The notes beneath the pieces were generated by a model. That model was not told the origin of the DNA. It ran no database searches and saw nothing but the letters and a program-made list of their open reading frames with translations. Below, one piece after another: positions 14,098 through 28,100 of a stretch of DNA of 64,000 nucleotides. The position numbers and the translations under genes are program-made. Origin of the DNA: Antedon mediterranea (lineage: Eukaryota; Animalia; Echinodermata); the NCBI RefSeq assembly GCF_964355755.1, contig NC_092674.1, forward strand, positions 1-64,000, in the 5' to 3' direction. How positions within the stretch are numbered: the stretch's first letter is position 1; every line of letters begins with the position of its first letter.

Positions 14098-14499
14098 CCG
14101 CAATGAATCATAATTTGTTACTACGATGAAATTATCAAATTTGTTTAATTTAATATGCAATTAAATATGAAAAAAATATTATTAAAATGTTTGTTGTTGA
14201 ATATGCCATTTTAATGTCCCATAATAGTAATCCACTCTGACCAAAAATTGGATTGAAAAAAAAATGTATATACCTGAAAAACTGGTATTTAAAGCAAAAA
14301 ATAGTCAAATTGGCTGCCAGCAAATGGGTTTTTCGGTTGACTTTAATCTTTATTTTGTATTTTCTAAGTGAAAACATTTGTTCGTGTTTTTTCTACGGAA
14401 GTGATTAACTTTATTAAAACTACATCATAAATCTCGAAATTATTTCTGAAATCATATGTACACATCCCTAATACATTGTCAAAATATGGTTCTCGGTAA

Positions 14500-14800
14500 A
14501 GTTGTCCTTTTAAGTACAGTTCCGCAATTCCACAAATTCCACAATGTGCTAATTTGTGTAAAGGAAAATGTTATGGTCAATGATGTCAAAGGCCTTAGAG
14601 AGGTCTATAAACAAGCCGATTGCAAACTGTCCATTTTTAAATTCATGTACGACTTTATTGATGAGACCGATCATGGCCATGGAATATTTGTACCCTTTCC
14701 CAAAAGCAAATTTTGTATTATAAGAATTTTATATTTAGAAATAAAGTTAATTGTTCTGTCGTAAATAATTTTGTCCAAGGCCTCTGCGAAAATTGAAAAA
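14500..14800 (-). mobile_element. Degenerate LINE reverse transcriptase fragment
   Basis: Minus-strand reading around 14570-14630 gives [20 protein letters not shown] (RT motif DLSKAFD); boundaries approximate. Confidence 0.7.
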
Positions 14801-16164
14801 AATTAAATGGATCAGTAATTTGAAAGATCGGATTTGAAAATAGGGTAACATGTCACATCTTGTGACTCATGTACTTGCATGATGACTGATTACTAAAAGG
14901 CTGGATGAAATTATTCTTGATACGGTCACAATTTATACTGTTTTGCATATATTAATAAAAAGGGAATTCACAGGCTTGATCATTAAAAACAAGTAAGCTG
15001 ACGTAGTCGACGCAATCTTCTCAAGTTCCTTAGAGTTAGTTGCGAGGATTACTTAGTTAGAGCCTAACAGAAAACAATAACACTTGTGTACTGTTAAAAA
15101 CACTAAATGTTGAAGAGGATTTATTGAAATGCATACTTTTGTTGATGATGCAGTGAATTAAGATAGAAATCATTTTAATGTTTTCAATAAATATATTGTA
15201 TAAAAAATATACCGAAAATAGACAGATAATGATTAAATACATACATTATTATTATGATTGTTTCAAAGAAAAACTGTATTATTGAGTGCACATCACACTA
15301 AATAGCAGTAATATGGATTACTTAGAAATCCAGAAGTAGTGACATAGTGCCACATCATGAAATTGATGGTTACAGAATATATTTCAATATAAAGATATTA
15401 AGAAAGGTTTAGTATTCTATTGCCAATACAGTAATCTGAAATAATTTGTTTTACACTTTAACACCATCTTTAATAATTTAATCTTAGTAAATTAAAGGGA
15501 AAAAATGTGTATGAAATATTTTTTTAGAAATTCTTGAGAATGAAAGCAAGGTTAACTGATGAGTTCTTTCAAATGGATAATACATATCGTCCCAAATTAA
15601 CTAAATCTATGTTACAATCAAATCAAAGCCCCTTTTCTGTAAACTTATTTCTTGTAAAAAATACTTCATACAATGTGAAGAATGTTTTCATTACAACAGA
15701 AACACTATGTAATGAACTTTAAATATATTAACAATTTTGAAACTTTTAAAATGTTAAAACGTGTGCAAGTAAAATCTGTAATACATTTCTCAGACATGGA
15801 GACAAATGTTTACAATCAAACCAAATTACAAACATACCAACATTGAAAACGATAGGGCCATATGTTCGGTTATTATCCTTATTCAATGGTTTAAATCATT
15901 TACTATATGAATAACAAATTGCTTTTATAGTATTGAAACTTCTACATAATACCACTCAATCATACACACATTATTTATGCTTCTGGCTAATACAATTAAT
16001 TAAGACTCGCTAACCTTTACTAACATACAATAAAAATCAATCTAAAAATCACATATTGGGTAATCTAGTATTAATTTAATTGCATATTAATACCAATAAT
16101 AATAATGATGTGCTTTGAAACATTAAAGCTAAATTCATTGAAATATTTGTGTTTGCAACATTTA

Positions 16165-19100
16165 TTACTTTTTTTCTTTCTTTATCTTTGGTACCTTTCG
16201 GTCGGCCTCTGTAAAATAAATAATAAAAAATAGCTATAAGTTTTTACCATTATTACTGATGCCAATGGGATTTAATCATAGGTGTGTGCATGTGGGGATG
16301 TGTGCATGGGGGGGTGTGTGCATGTGGGGGTGTGTACACAAGACTATCTTAGAGTAACAAGATAAATACCAGAACTATATACATATATATCACAAGTCTT
16401 CCTTCTATGATTTAGCCTTACCTAATTCTGATTTTCTTCTTTTTAAGTTAGCTGTAAGCTCAGCCATGCTGTCTGGAAGACACAGTGGTGGTGATTGCTT
16501 GGCATAAGCATCCGTGTTCCTACAAATAAATCCATTCAGTAAAACTAATAATTTTAAAACTGGTGGGAAGTGAGGCCTTAGGGTCTTCCATAAAATTACT
16601 AAAAACCAGACCCTTCCCCATTCCCCTAATTTAAAGCCCCACCAGAACTCTCAATGTCAATAAACACAGTCTTCTTAAATAGAGCAGTCAATCCAAAATC
16701 CAACTATCAATTTCAATAAACTTTAAATAAAAATTTAAATAGAACAGTGAACCTCATGAAATATTCAAATCATAGATGCCTTGAGATGACAACATTTTTA
16801 TAGCCGTATTGGAAGGCGAGAAATGACTGGTGGGTGGGTGAGCATGAGGAGAGGTCCAGAACCGCAATACAAATTCATTTAATACTCACTGTTGCATATT
16901 GTCAGTACTCGCATCCATATCTTCAAATTTAAGTTGTTTATGTGATTTTGAAACTTGCTTATCACGCCGATGACCTTGAATAACATCATTTATATGTCTT
17001 AGTTTCTCTGTACCCTATACATAAATACAATTAATATAACATTATTTATATGTCTTAGTTTCTCTGTACTCTATACATAAATACAATTAATATAACATTA
17101 TTTATATGTCTTAGTTTCTCTGTATCCTATACATAAATACAATTAATATAACATTATTTATATGTCTTAGTTTCTCTGTATCCTATACATAAATACAATT
17201 AATATAACATTATTTATATGTCTTAGTTTCTCTGTACCCTATACATAAATACAATTAATATAACATTATTTATATGTCTTAGTTTCTCTGTACTCTATAC
17301 ATAAATACAATTAATATAACATTATTTATATGTCTTAGTTTCTCTGTATCCTATACATAAATACAATTAATATAACATTATTTATATGTCTTAGTTTCTC
17401 TGTATCCTATACATAAATACAATTAATATAACATTATTTATATGTCTTAGTTTCTCTGTATCCTATACATAAATACAATTAATATAACATTATTTATATG
17501 TCTTAGTTTCTCTGTATCCTATACATAAATACAATTAATATAACATTATTTATATGTCTTACTTTCTCTGTATCCTATACATAAATACAATTAATATAAC
17601 ATTATTTATATGTCTTAGTTTCTCTGTATCCTATACATAAATACAATTAATACAGTATAACATTATTTATATGTCTTAGTTTCTCTGTATCCTATACATA
17701 AATACAATTAATATAACATTAATAAACTGTCTTAGTTTCTCAGTACCCTATACATAAATACAATTACTATAACATTATTTATATGTCTTAGTTTCTCTGT
17801 ATCCTATACATAAATACAATTAATATAACATTATTTATATGTCTTAGTTTCTCTGTACTCTATACATAAATACAATTACTATAACATTATTTATATGTCT
17901 TAGTTTCTCTGTACCCTATACATAAATACAATTAATTTAAATTGATTCCATGATAGATATAAAATTAATGAACTATTATTATTCTCCAACAGAAAGGTTC
18001 TTAACGTTGATTGATTTACCTCTGGTCCACTTTCACCGAAGTTATAAAGAAGCATTGATCTTGGTGTCATTTGTAAATGGTTCACTGGTAGAGGGCTCTT
18101 AAATGGAGAATCTTTCATTGGAGAGATGTATAGGTTAGTTTTACCAGGTACACTGTGGTTTAGAAAAAGGAAACTTCAATGAGATTGACATTCAACTGAC
18201 TTAGCTCAACTCAACATTTATTTTCTTTTTTTCCTAAACTACTACAATAATTTAACTTAATAAGGTACTTAAATAAGGTAGGTATGTATTATTCAGTACT
18301 GTATAACTAAAATATCCAATTGTTAAACTTACACATAGACATGATGAGGACTTAGAGTTGTAGGTTTGTTTCGAGATGGTACTGGTGACAGATTTGGAGT
18401 CTGTAAAAGAACACTGAATAATTAGGACTAATGCTTTACATGTTAATCACAGAAGATGAATTAAGAAATAGGATAACAAGTTAAAATTACTTTACGGGAA
18501 ACAAGAAAAATAAGGTTTGCAATACACCACATGTTTCTGTCGTTGAAAATGACAATTTGACCTAGGCCATCTAAGCATTATTCTATTGAGGAAGCCAAAC
18601 TTTAATATTTACTTTTCTGGATGGTCGAGGGTTTTTATCACATTTAAATTGAAAAAGCTTTTACTTTTTAACAATATAATTTATACACTATCACATTCAC
18701 TTTTTTTTATAGTTAAGAATGTCTATGGTGTTTGAAAAAAACCTATAATGCTGTACCTTTTTAACTTGTTGGCGATTGCTACATCAAATGAGAACGGAAT
18801 GTTTTTTTTTAGGTGTATTCTTTTTTGTTTATATTTTATGAGTAGTCAAAAATGGTTAGTTAAAAATGCCTTTTTGTTTGTAAAATTATTCATGTAAAAA
18901 ATCTTTCATACAAAATAGTCTTACGTTTAATTCTACTATCTAAAGACATTTAGAAAACAAGAGTTAGGGTTAGGGTTAAATCTTTCATACAAAATAGTCT
19001 TACGTTTAATTCTACTATCTAAAGACATTTAGAAAACAAGAGTTAGGGTTAGGGTTAAATCTTTCATACAAAATAGTCTTACGTTTAATTCTACTATCTA

Positions 19101-22100
19101 AAGACATTTAGAAAACAAGAGTTAGGGTTAGGGTTAAATCTTTCATACAAAATAGTCTTACATTTAATTCTACTATCTAAAGACATTTAGAAAACAAGAG
19201 TTAGGGTTAGGGTTAAATCTTTCATACAAAATAGTCTTACGTTTAATTCTACTATCTAAAGACATTTAGAAAACAAGAGTTTCCAGAAAGACATTTTGGT
19301 TCAGAGGGTGTTTCATGGTTGTCAATTTTAATAAACTTACACTTTGTCTAGAAGGCTGGAATTGAAGAACAAATGTTTTGAGTGATGGCATGAATACTCG
19401 GTTGTAGAAGGATATAATAGAATCATGTTCACCATTCTCAATCAGAACATGTTTGTAAACCTACAAAATAAAGATACCCAGTTGACAAAGTGATGATGGA
19501 AATTGGGTAAAAACAAGATGTAAATAAAGATAAATGATTACCATTTGAGAGGAATGTGGCTGTATCCTATACACAGCTACAATACTCTTAAACTTCTTTT
19601 CTTGTTCAACAACTTTACATATTGCATAGACACTACACATCATTATCTATTTCACAGAAATCAATAAAATGTTAACAAAATAAAGGACAAAGTTTTGACA
19701 AGTAGCAAAATAGTGAAATTTAAGAACGTCAATTAATAAAACCAAAATTTTAATCAAATCTTGTTATGAGGCTCAAACAAAGGCTCCATTTTGGTCTTGT
19801 AATGTAGTGCAAAAGTGCAAAACATACATTTTCAATTCACATTTATTTACTCATCCTTTATAAATATAGTTTCATAGCATAAATGATGGCAAGGATCCTG
19901 CATAGAGAAGTTTACACTTCTGTTTTCGCAGGACATAAAACAATAAACACAACATAATAGATACAAAATAAAAAAAAACATTTCCTATATACATTTTAGA
20001 GTTGTTCATCATCAAAAAGCGATAGTGTTTTTCTAACATGATTATTTATACATTTTTTCTTAAAAAAGAAGATATTTAGTTTATTACTTCCAGTACATGT
20101 GGATTCTTTCTTTCTATATTATAGCAAAAGTATGAATACATATAATATAAAACAGGTTATGTTTGTATACAAAGTATGAATACATATAATATAAAACAGG
20201 CTATGTTTGTATACAAAGTATGAATACATATGGAATATAAAACAGGCTATGTGTGTATACTCACGCACACCAACACAACGCATAATATATGCTTATTATT
20301 ATATTTTATGAGTGAAGCATTTTAAGTTCTGTAATTCGATAAAATGTCTCTTTTTATATATTTTTTTAGTATAATTATAATTTTTGTTAACAATATCTAA
20401 GTGATTTCTACAGAGCTCTTTCCATAGTTTCGGTCCGTGTATACTGATAAAGTGTTGACCAGACGTTAACCTAGAATATGGTTGTTTTACGCTACAAATA
20501 TTTCGAAGATTATGGATAGTATTTTCGTTTCTTTTGAATATCATTTGGATTCGTCTGGGTAAAACATTACTTTTAATCTGGGCCATGAAACCTAGGACGG
20601 TAACTCTGTTGATATCTTGTATGTTAAGTATATTTAATTGCTTAAACAGTGGCTCAGAATGTTGCCATGGCTTTTTAAATAAAATAGCTCTAGCGGCCTT
20701 TTTCAGGAGTTTAAGAAGGGATTCTAGTGTACTATCATATGTACTGCCCCAAATAATGTTTCCATACTGAAGGTGCGGTAGAATTAATGTATTATACAAA
20801 TTTGTGTAAATATAATTAGGAAAAAAAATGTCTAGTTTTTATCAATCATTATTCCAATAGACCTAGCGGTTTTTTTGCTAATAAGCCTTATATGATTTTT
20901 CAAGCAAAGGTTCTCATTTATTACAACCCCAAGAAATGTTACATTTTTTTGTTGTTCTAAAGTAATGTTATTCATTTTCAATTCAATGTTGGTTGTAATA
21001 ATACGCCTTTGGGCAGTTTTAAAGATTACGTAATTTGTTTTGCTGGTGTTTAATTAAAGTTTATTAGCTTTGAACCACATATTAATTCTATCTAGTTCCA
21101 CATTCATCGTGTTTGCCAATGCGTTCAGGTTATTTCCTCACTTGAATCCTGTTGTATCATCGGCAAAGCTAATTAATTCAATTTGTGTACTTGAGTTACA
21201 TATATCGTTTCCATATACAAGAAACAACAAAGGTCCCAAAACGGAACCTTGTGGAACACCAATACTAGTCTCCTTAATATTAGACGAAGTACCATTTATA
21301 AAAACATATTGCTTTCGTGATTTTAAATAGTTACTGAACCATTTTAGTATAACACCTCTTATACCATAGTGGAATAGCTTGTTCAGTAATATACTGTGGT
21401 CAATAATATCAAATGCCTTTGACAAATCCATAAATGTGGCAATTACGAACTCTTTGTTTTCAAATGCCTTTAGTATTTTGTGGACCAGATCAATTACTGT
21501 ATAGTGTGGGAGGTTGAATGATTGTTTCGGAAGCCGTATTGCCAATCATTTAGTATATTGTCAGTTTTAAAGTAATTATACAATCTGGATTTATAATAAT
21601 GTCCATTAAAACATACCTGGTCTAAATGTATATCCTAGAGTAACAATGGTTTGTGAATGTACCAAAGGGCAAGGAAAGCATGTAATAATGTCCATTAAAA
21701 CATACCTGATCTAAATGTCTATCCTTGAGTAACAATGGTTTGTGAATGTATCAAAGGGCAAGGAAAGCATGTAATAATGTCCATTAAAACATACCTGATC
21801 TAAATGTCTATCCTAGAGTAACAATGGTTTGTGAATGTACCAAAGGGCAAGGAAAGCATGTAATAATGTCCATTAAAACATACCTGATCTAAATGTCTAT
21901 CCTAGAGTAACAATGGTTTGTGAATGTACCAAAGGACAAGGAAAGCTTGTAATAATGTCCATTAAAACATACCTGGTCTAAATGTCTATCATTGAGTAAC
22001 AATGGTTTGTGAATGTACCAAAGGGCAAGGAAAGCTTGTAATAATGTCCATTAAAACATACCTGGTCTAAATGTCTATCCTAGAGTAACAATGGTTTGTG

Positions 22101-25100
22101 AATGTACCAAAGGGCAAGGAAAGCATGTAATAATGTCCATTAAAACATACCTGATCTAAATGTCTATCCTAGAGTAACAATGGTTTGTGAATGTACCAAA
22201 GGACAAGGAAAGCTTGTAATAATGTCCATTAAAACATACCTGGTCTAAATGTCTATCCTTGAGTAACAATGGTTTGTGAATGTACCAAAGGACAAGGAAG
22301 GCATGTAATAATGTCCATTAAAACATACCTGATCTAAATGTCTATCCTAGAGTAACAATGGTTTGTGAATGTACCAAAGGGCAAGGAAGGCATGTAATAA
22401 TGTCCATTAAAACATACCTGATCTAAATGTCTATCCTAGAGTAACAATGGTTTGTGAATGTACCAAAGGACAAGGAAAGCATGTAATAATGTCCATTAAA
22501 ACATACCTGATCTAAATGTCTATCGATGAGTAACAATGGTTTGTGAATGTACCAAAGGGCAAGGAAGGCATGTAATAATGTCCATTAAAACATACCTGGT
22601 CTAAATGTCTATCCTAGAGTAACAATGGTTTGTGAATGTACCAAAGGGCAAGGAAAGCATGTAATAATGTCCATTAAAACATACCTGATCTAAATGTCTA
22701 TCATTGAGTAACAATAGTTTGTGAATGTACCAAAGGGCAAGAAAGCATGTAATAATGTCCAATAAAACATACCTGGTCTAAATGTATATCCTAGAGTAAC
22801 AATGGTTTGTGAATGTACCAAAGGACAAGGAAGGCATGTAATAATGTCCATTAAAACATACCTGATCTAAATGTCTATCCTTGAGTAACAATGGTTTGTG
22901 AATGATGCAGTGATCAAAGCAAGTCCAAATCCGCTGAAGCTAAAAACATAAAAATACACACAAAAAATAACACTATTGACAGTATCTTGGTAGCATTATC
23001 GAATCAGACTTAGCGCAAATTAATCAAATTACATACTAGATCATTAGGTATTTCTAGCTTTGAACACATATCCTGTAGACGTTCATAGGCAAGATGGGAG
23101 ACCTTGGTAATATATACATTAAGTGATGCTGAACGTAATCCTCTTTGGGTTGCCACTGAAGTCTGTGTGCTGTCTTCACTACTACTACTACTTGTACCAA
23201 CCGCATCCACAGTTTTACTGTTTTGCTTCATTGGAGACTGAAACCTACAAATAAATGCATTTCTATAAATACAATCTGTAATTCCAACAATGAAATGAAA
23301 TACTGTAGGCACATAATACTAGAATTTGCTATTATAGTTAATATGCAGTGATTCACCACCATTAACAAATCATGTGTTTGTGTCCCATGATGGGATTTGA
23401 AACAGTGTAACATTTCAAATGAGTACACAGGCACAAACTGTAACTATCTTGTAATAAATAAAGATTAGGGATAGTTATGGCCAACAATTTACACAGAAGA
23501 TTTACAGTATAGGATATGTCCCACATATCCTATACACAGAGCACATACTGTACACCATTAAACTTCAGAGAAAAAGAAACATGCAAGCTGTTTTTCTAGA
23601 GTCAAGTTGCATAATAGTGAATTAATACTTAAACAAAATGTCAGATTAAATTGAAAAGAAACAAGTAGCGATATACTGTACTATTTACATTTCAGATGCC
23701 CTATTCTTCATTGTAAAAGTCACACATGGTTCTCCAGAGCTGGGAGGCTAGAAAAAGTAAATAAAGCAGGAGTCAGGGATATGAAAATCTCTATACTAAC
23801 AGCAAAGAAAAATGCTGCATTATGATATGGATTTTTTAAATATAAAAATTATTTAACATAAAGAATGATTTTCACAATAACATGATGAAATGTTATATAT
23901 CCTACCACATATGGCGAGGTAGTTGATGAACTAATGTAACTGTCCATTGCATCAAATAATGAAGATCCACTTCTCCATGCTAAACAGTCCAATATCATTG
24001 CTTCTGCATTCTGAAGATGCTGTGGTGAAACAAGCTTATTGATTAAATGTGAAACACAGACCAATGTGTAATATCTTCTCATACTATTGCACCTTCTCAT
24101 TACTGTATGTAACATGTTGATAACTATTTCTAATTTCAATAATAGCACAATTGTCAGTTATTATGTATTCAATGTTGGATATTTTCAAAACATAATAATA
24201 AATATACTAACTTTAACTGCATCTCTTGTTAGTTTTGTCTCCTCCTTCAAAAATGTCTCAATTACTTTACAAAAATCATAAGGTTGAATTTCAAATATGC
24301 CAAGAATCCATGGGAAACTAGCACTACTTTCAAAATTACTAAGATTACTCAATGATGGCGACACTAACAAAAAGAAAACAAATAACAACACTACTAATAA
24401 AATGAAACAATATTTATGAGTACTAACCATCAATTACTTTAAAAATTGTTTTTTTATTTTATGCACAAACTTTCAGAATAAAAGTAACAAAAAGTAAATT
24501 TTCTTTCATTTTACAAAAAAACACGAAACTTTCATTTACTTAAACTAAAAAGTGACATTAGAAAACAAATACATACATAATGTTCCATATGTGAGAAGCA
24601 CAACTTCCAACGAGCAAGCAAGCAAAGATTTATGAAATGTATCATTGCACAACAACTTTGAAAAATTTGTCTGCTTTAAACGATCTTCTTCCTAATACAC
24701 AAAAAAATGGGAAATATACCAGAAGAAAACTAGTAAAATGCATACAACAATCATGGTAATTACGTCTCAATATTTATATACAACAATCATGGTAATTACG
24801 TCTCAATATTTATATACAACAATCATGGTAATTACGTCTCAATATTTATATACAACAATCATGGTAATTACGTCTCAATATTTATATACAACAATCATGG
24901 TAATTACGTCTCAATATTTATATACAACAATCATGGTAATTACGTCTCAATATTTATATACGCAAATTAAATATATGCAAACTAAATAATTACGCAAATG
25001 GATACAGTAGTCTTAAATATTTATTTATTCACAAAACCAGGGTGGCAAAATCAGTCAAAAATATTGGTCTTCTGTGTGTGGCCCTGAGTACAATTAGTAT

Positions 25101-28100
25101 AAAACAACAACAAGACCACTTAAAATGCCTTTAAACAAACTGTATATAGCACATTGTAGGCATATCATTAGGTTTACATAAAATGAAACTTACACTGGTG
25201 AGCATTGCTTCCATAACCCTAAAGTACAGTTTACAGCCAATTTGAAAGCGTTGTTTGGCAACTTCACACATGTGAATACCCATAGTAGATGCAAAGCCCT
25301 GAATAAAATCCCTTTCAAGGTTTGATAGACGTTGCTTTACCACTGACGTTGGATCTTTATGACATTGCTGTAAATAAACAAATGAGTACTAATCAAGTAT
25401 TACTTCAATAAAATTTGTCTTTTTATTTGATGATCTGTGTCTATTCTTTTTTCCATGATTTAAGAATAGACAAACAAAATAAAAAGATAACGCTGAATAT
25501 CAGTAATTCACTCCACTATCCTATGCTATTAAGAACTCTTAGTCTTCTGCCGCGGGATTCTAAAGGAAACAGTGAATCTACTGGCAATAATATAGTAAAT
25601 AAATATCAACAATCGAACTGACTCAGCAGTCTGATTGTTCTATTGACATGTTTGTTTTGAAAAAGAAAATATTAATACCTGTGATGGATAAAGCAGTAAC
25701 TAATACTTACTTTAAAATATTGAAGAAGTGTAGGTGATGGAGTGGAACTGCAAGAGTTGAGAAGATTTTTCAATCCTTGGATAGTATTGATAGCTCTCCT
25801 ATGGAAAACGGAAGGAAAACATTTAGGTTTAATTTGCTTCTGCTAATCCTTGGATAGTATTGATAGCTCTCCTATGGAAAACGGAAGGAAAACATTTAGG
25901 TTTAATTTGCTTCTGCTAATCCTTGGATAGTATTGATAGCTCTCCTATGGAAAACGGAAGGAAAACATTTAGGTTTAATTTGCTTCTGCTAATCCTTGGA
26001 TAGTATTGATAGCTCTCCTATGGAAAACGGAAGGAAAACATTTAGGTTTAATTTGCTTCTGCTAATCCTTGGATAGTATTGATAGCTCTCCTATGGAAAA
26101 CGGAAGGAAAACATTTAGGTTTAATTTGCTTCTGCTAATCCTTGGATAGTATTGATAGCTCTCCTATGGAAAACGGAAGGAAAACATTTAGGTTTAATTT
26201 GCTTCTGCTAATCCTTGGATAGTATTGATAGCTCTCCTATGGAAAACGGAAGGAAAACATTTAGGTTTAATTTGCTTCTGCTAAACCGCATTAATGTTTC
26301 ATGAATTACAGCATGGGACCAAGTCAATTTAAACACCTAATGTTATTTTAACATGTAATACACCAAATAAATAAAAACTTTGGAAAAAATATACGATATA
26401 GTTGGACCTCAATTAAGAAACATGTAAGTAATAACAAAATTGTCAAAACAACATTAAAGGTCAAAATAAATATATAGAAAGAGATAAATTATTTTATTTT
26501 GATAATCTATTACAATCTAAATTTTCATTTGAGGTGTCTTGACAGCACAAAATGACATTACCCTTACATCAATTCAAAGACAATATAATTTATATAACTT
26601 ACTTTACTGGAGTTTCTACTTCCCTTGAGTACCTTGCCGAGTCTGCTTGACCTGACGCTGAAATTCGTGGTTTTTCAGGAAATAAATAACTTTTTCGTGA
26701 AAGAAAATGTATTTCATCTATGTCTTTCTTGGATTTGTATATCTCTTGGTACTGTTGTTTCAGAAAAGCGATCTATTGGTGTTAAAAATTTAAAAAATTG
26801 TTTTATTGATTTGAATAAGAATTAGAAACATAATTTGGCCACCATCTGCATAAACAATAATTACCTCTGTAAGTTCAGTATAACCTTCTTTCTTTTTCTC
26901 TAAGTCATCAATAAATGGTAAAAGATGTTGATTCATCATGTTAGCTACATCATCATAATCTTGTAGTTTGACATGCTCACAAAGAACTCGTAATACACTT
27001 GTTGGACGCTCTGAAGTTTGTTGTAAGTTAGATGGCCGAGTACCTTCAAAAGAAATGTATAGTAAAATTTACAGCAAAGTGACCAGCAAACCAAACAATT
27101 ACTTGTTCAGTAAATCATGATTCTATAAAAACAGACATTTACTTACTAAAACGCTCTCTTAGCAAGAAAACAGGTACTTGTTTAATTATGTGGTCAATAC
27201 AACCAATCATCAGCTGAAACGATGTCAACAAGTCATTGCAGTTTTCAAACAATGATCCTAAAAACATGAAAAGTGAGTGAGTAAGTGTTGTTGTTTTTCA
27301 TTGAAAGAGTAGGTCCATGACAATGGATATTTTACTTGCACATTGTACCCAACCAATAACATTATCTGCATAGACCACTTAATCACAGATTTATAAAACA
27401 TTGGGATTCGGACCCATCATTTATGACACTGGTCACAATGAACTTAGATTTTTACAATAACAGAAATACCTTTTGCGATTACAAACATTGACCAACATAG
27501 TTCAGTATGTTTTAAAAGTTGCGAAGACAAAAGTTCACGGTTTGCATAATTGTTATCCATTGTATCTTGGCTTTGAAACACTTCTTGAAAAATACTATAA
27601 GATATAATTTAGAAGATTAGTAATACAGTATAATAATGGTGTTTGAATTATAAAGATGACAACTTTGCCTATTTGCTTATGGTATCAAACACAGTATAAA
27701 CCAGTAGTATAAACTGTAGTGTTATAATCATTACTTACCGTTCCATCTTCTGGAATAGTGCAATAGAAATGCAGTATTAACCAGTAGTATAAACTGTAGT
27801 GTTATAATCATTACTTACCGTTCCATCTTCTGGAATAGTGCAATAGAAATGCAGTATTAACCAGTAGTATAAACTGTAGTGTTATACTCATTACTTACCG
27901 TTCCATCTTTTGGAATAGTGCAATAGAAATGCAGTATTAACCAGTAGTATAAACTGTAGTGTTATAATCATTACTTACCGTTCCATCTTCTGGAATAGTG
28001 CAATAGAAATGCAGTATTAACCAGTAGTATAAACTGTAGTGTTATACTCATTACTTACCGTTCCATCTTCTGGAATAGTGCAATAGAAATGCAGTATTAA

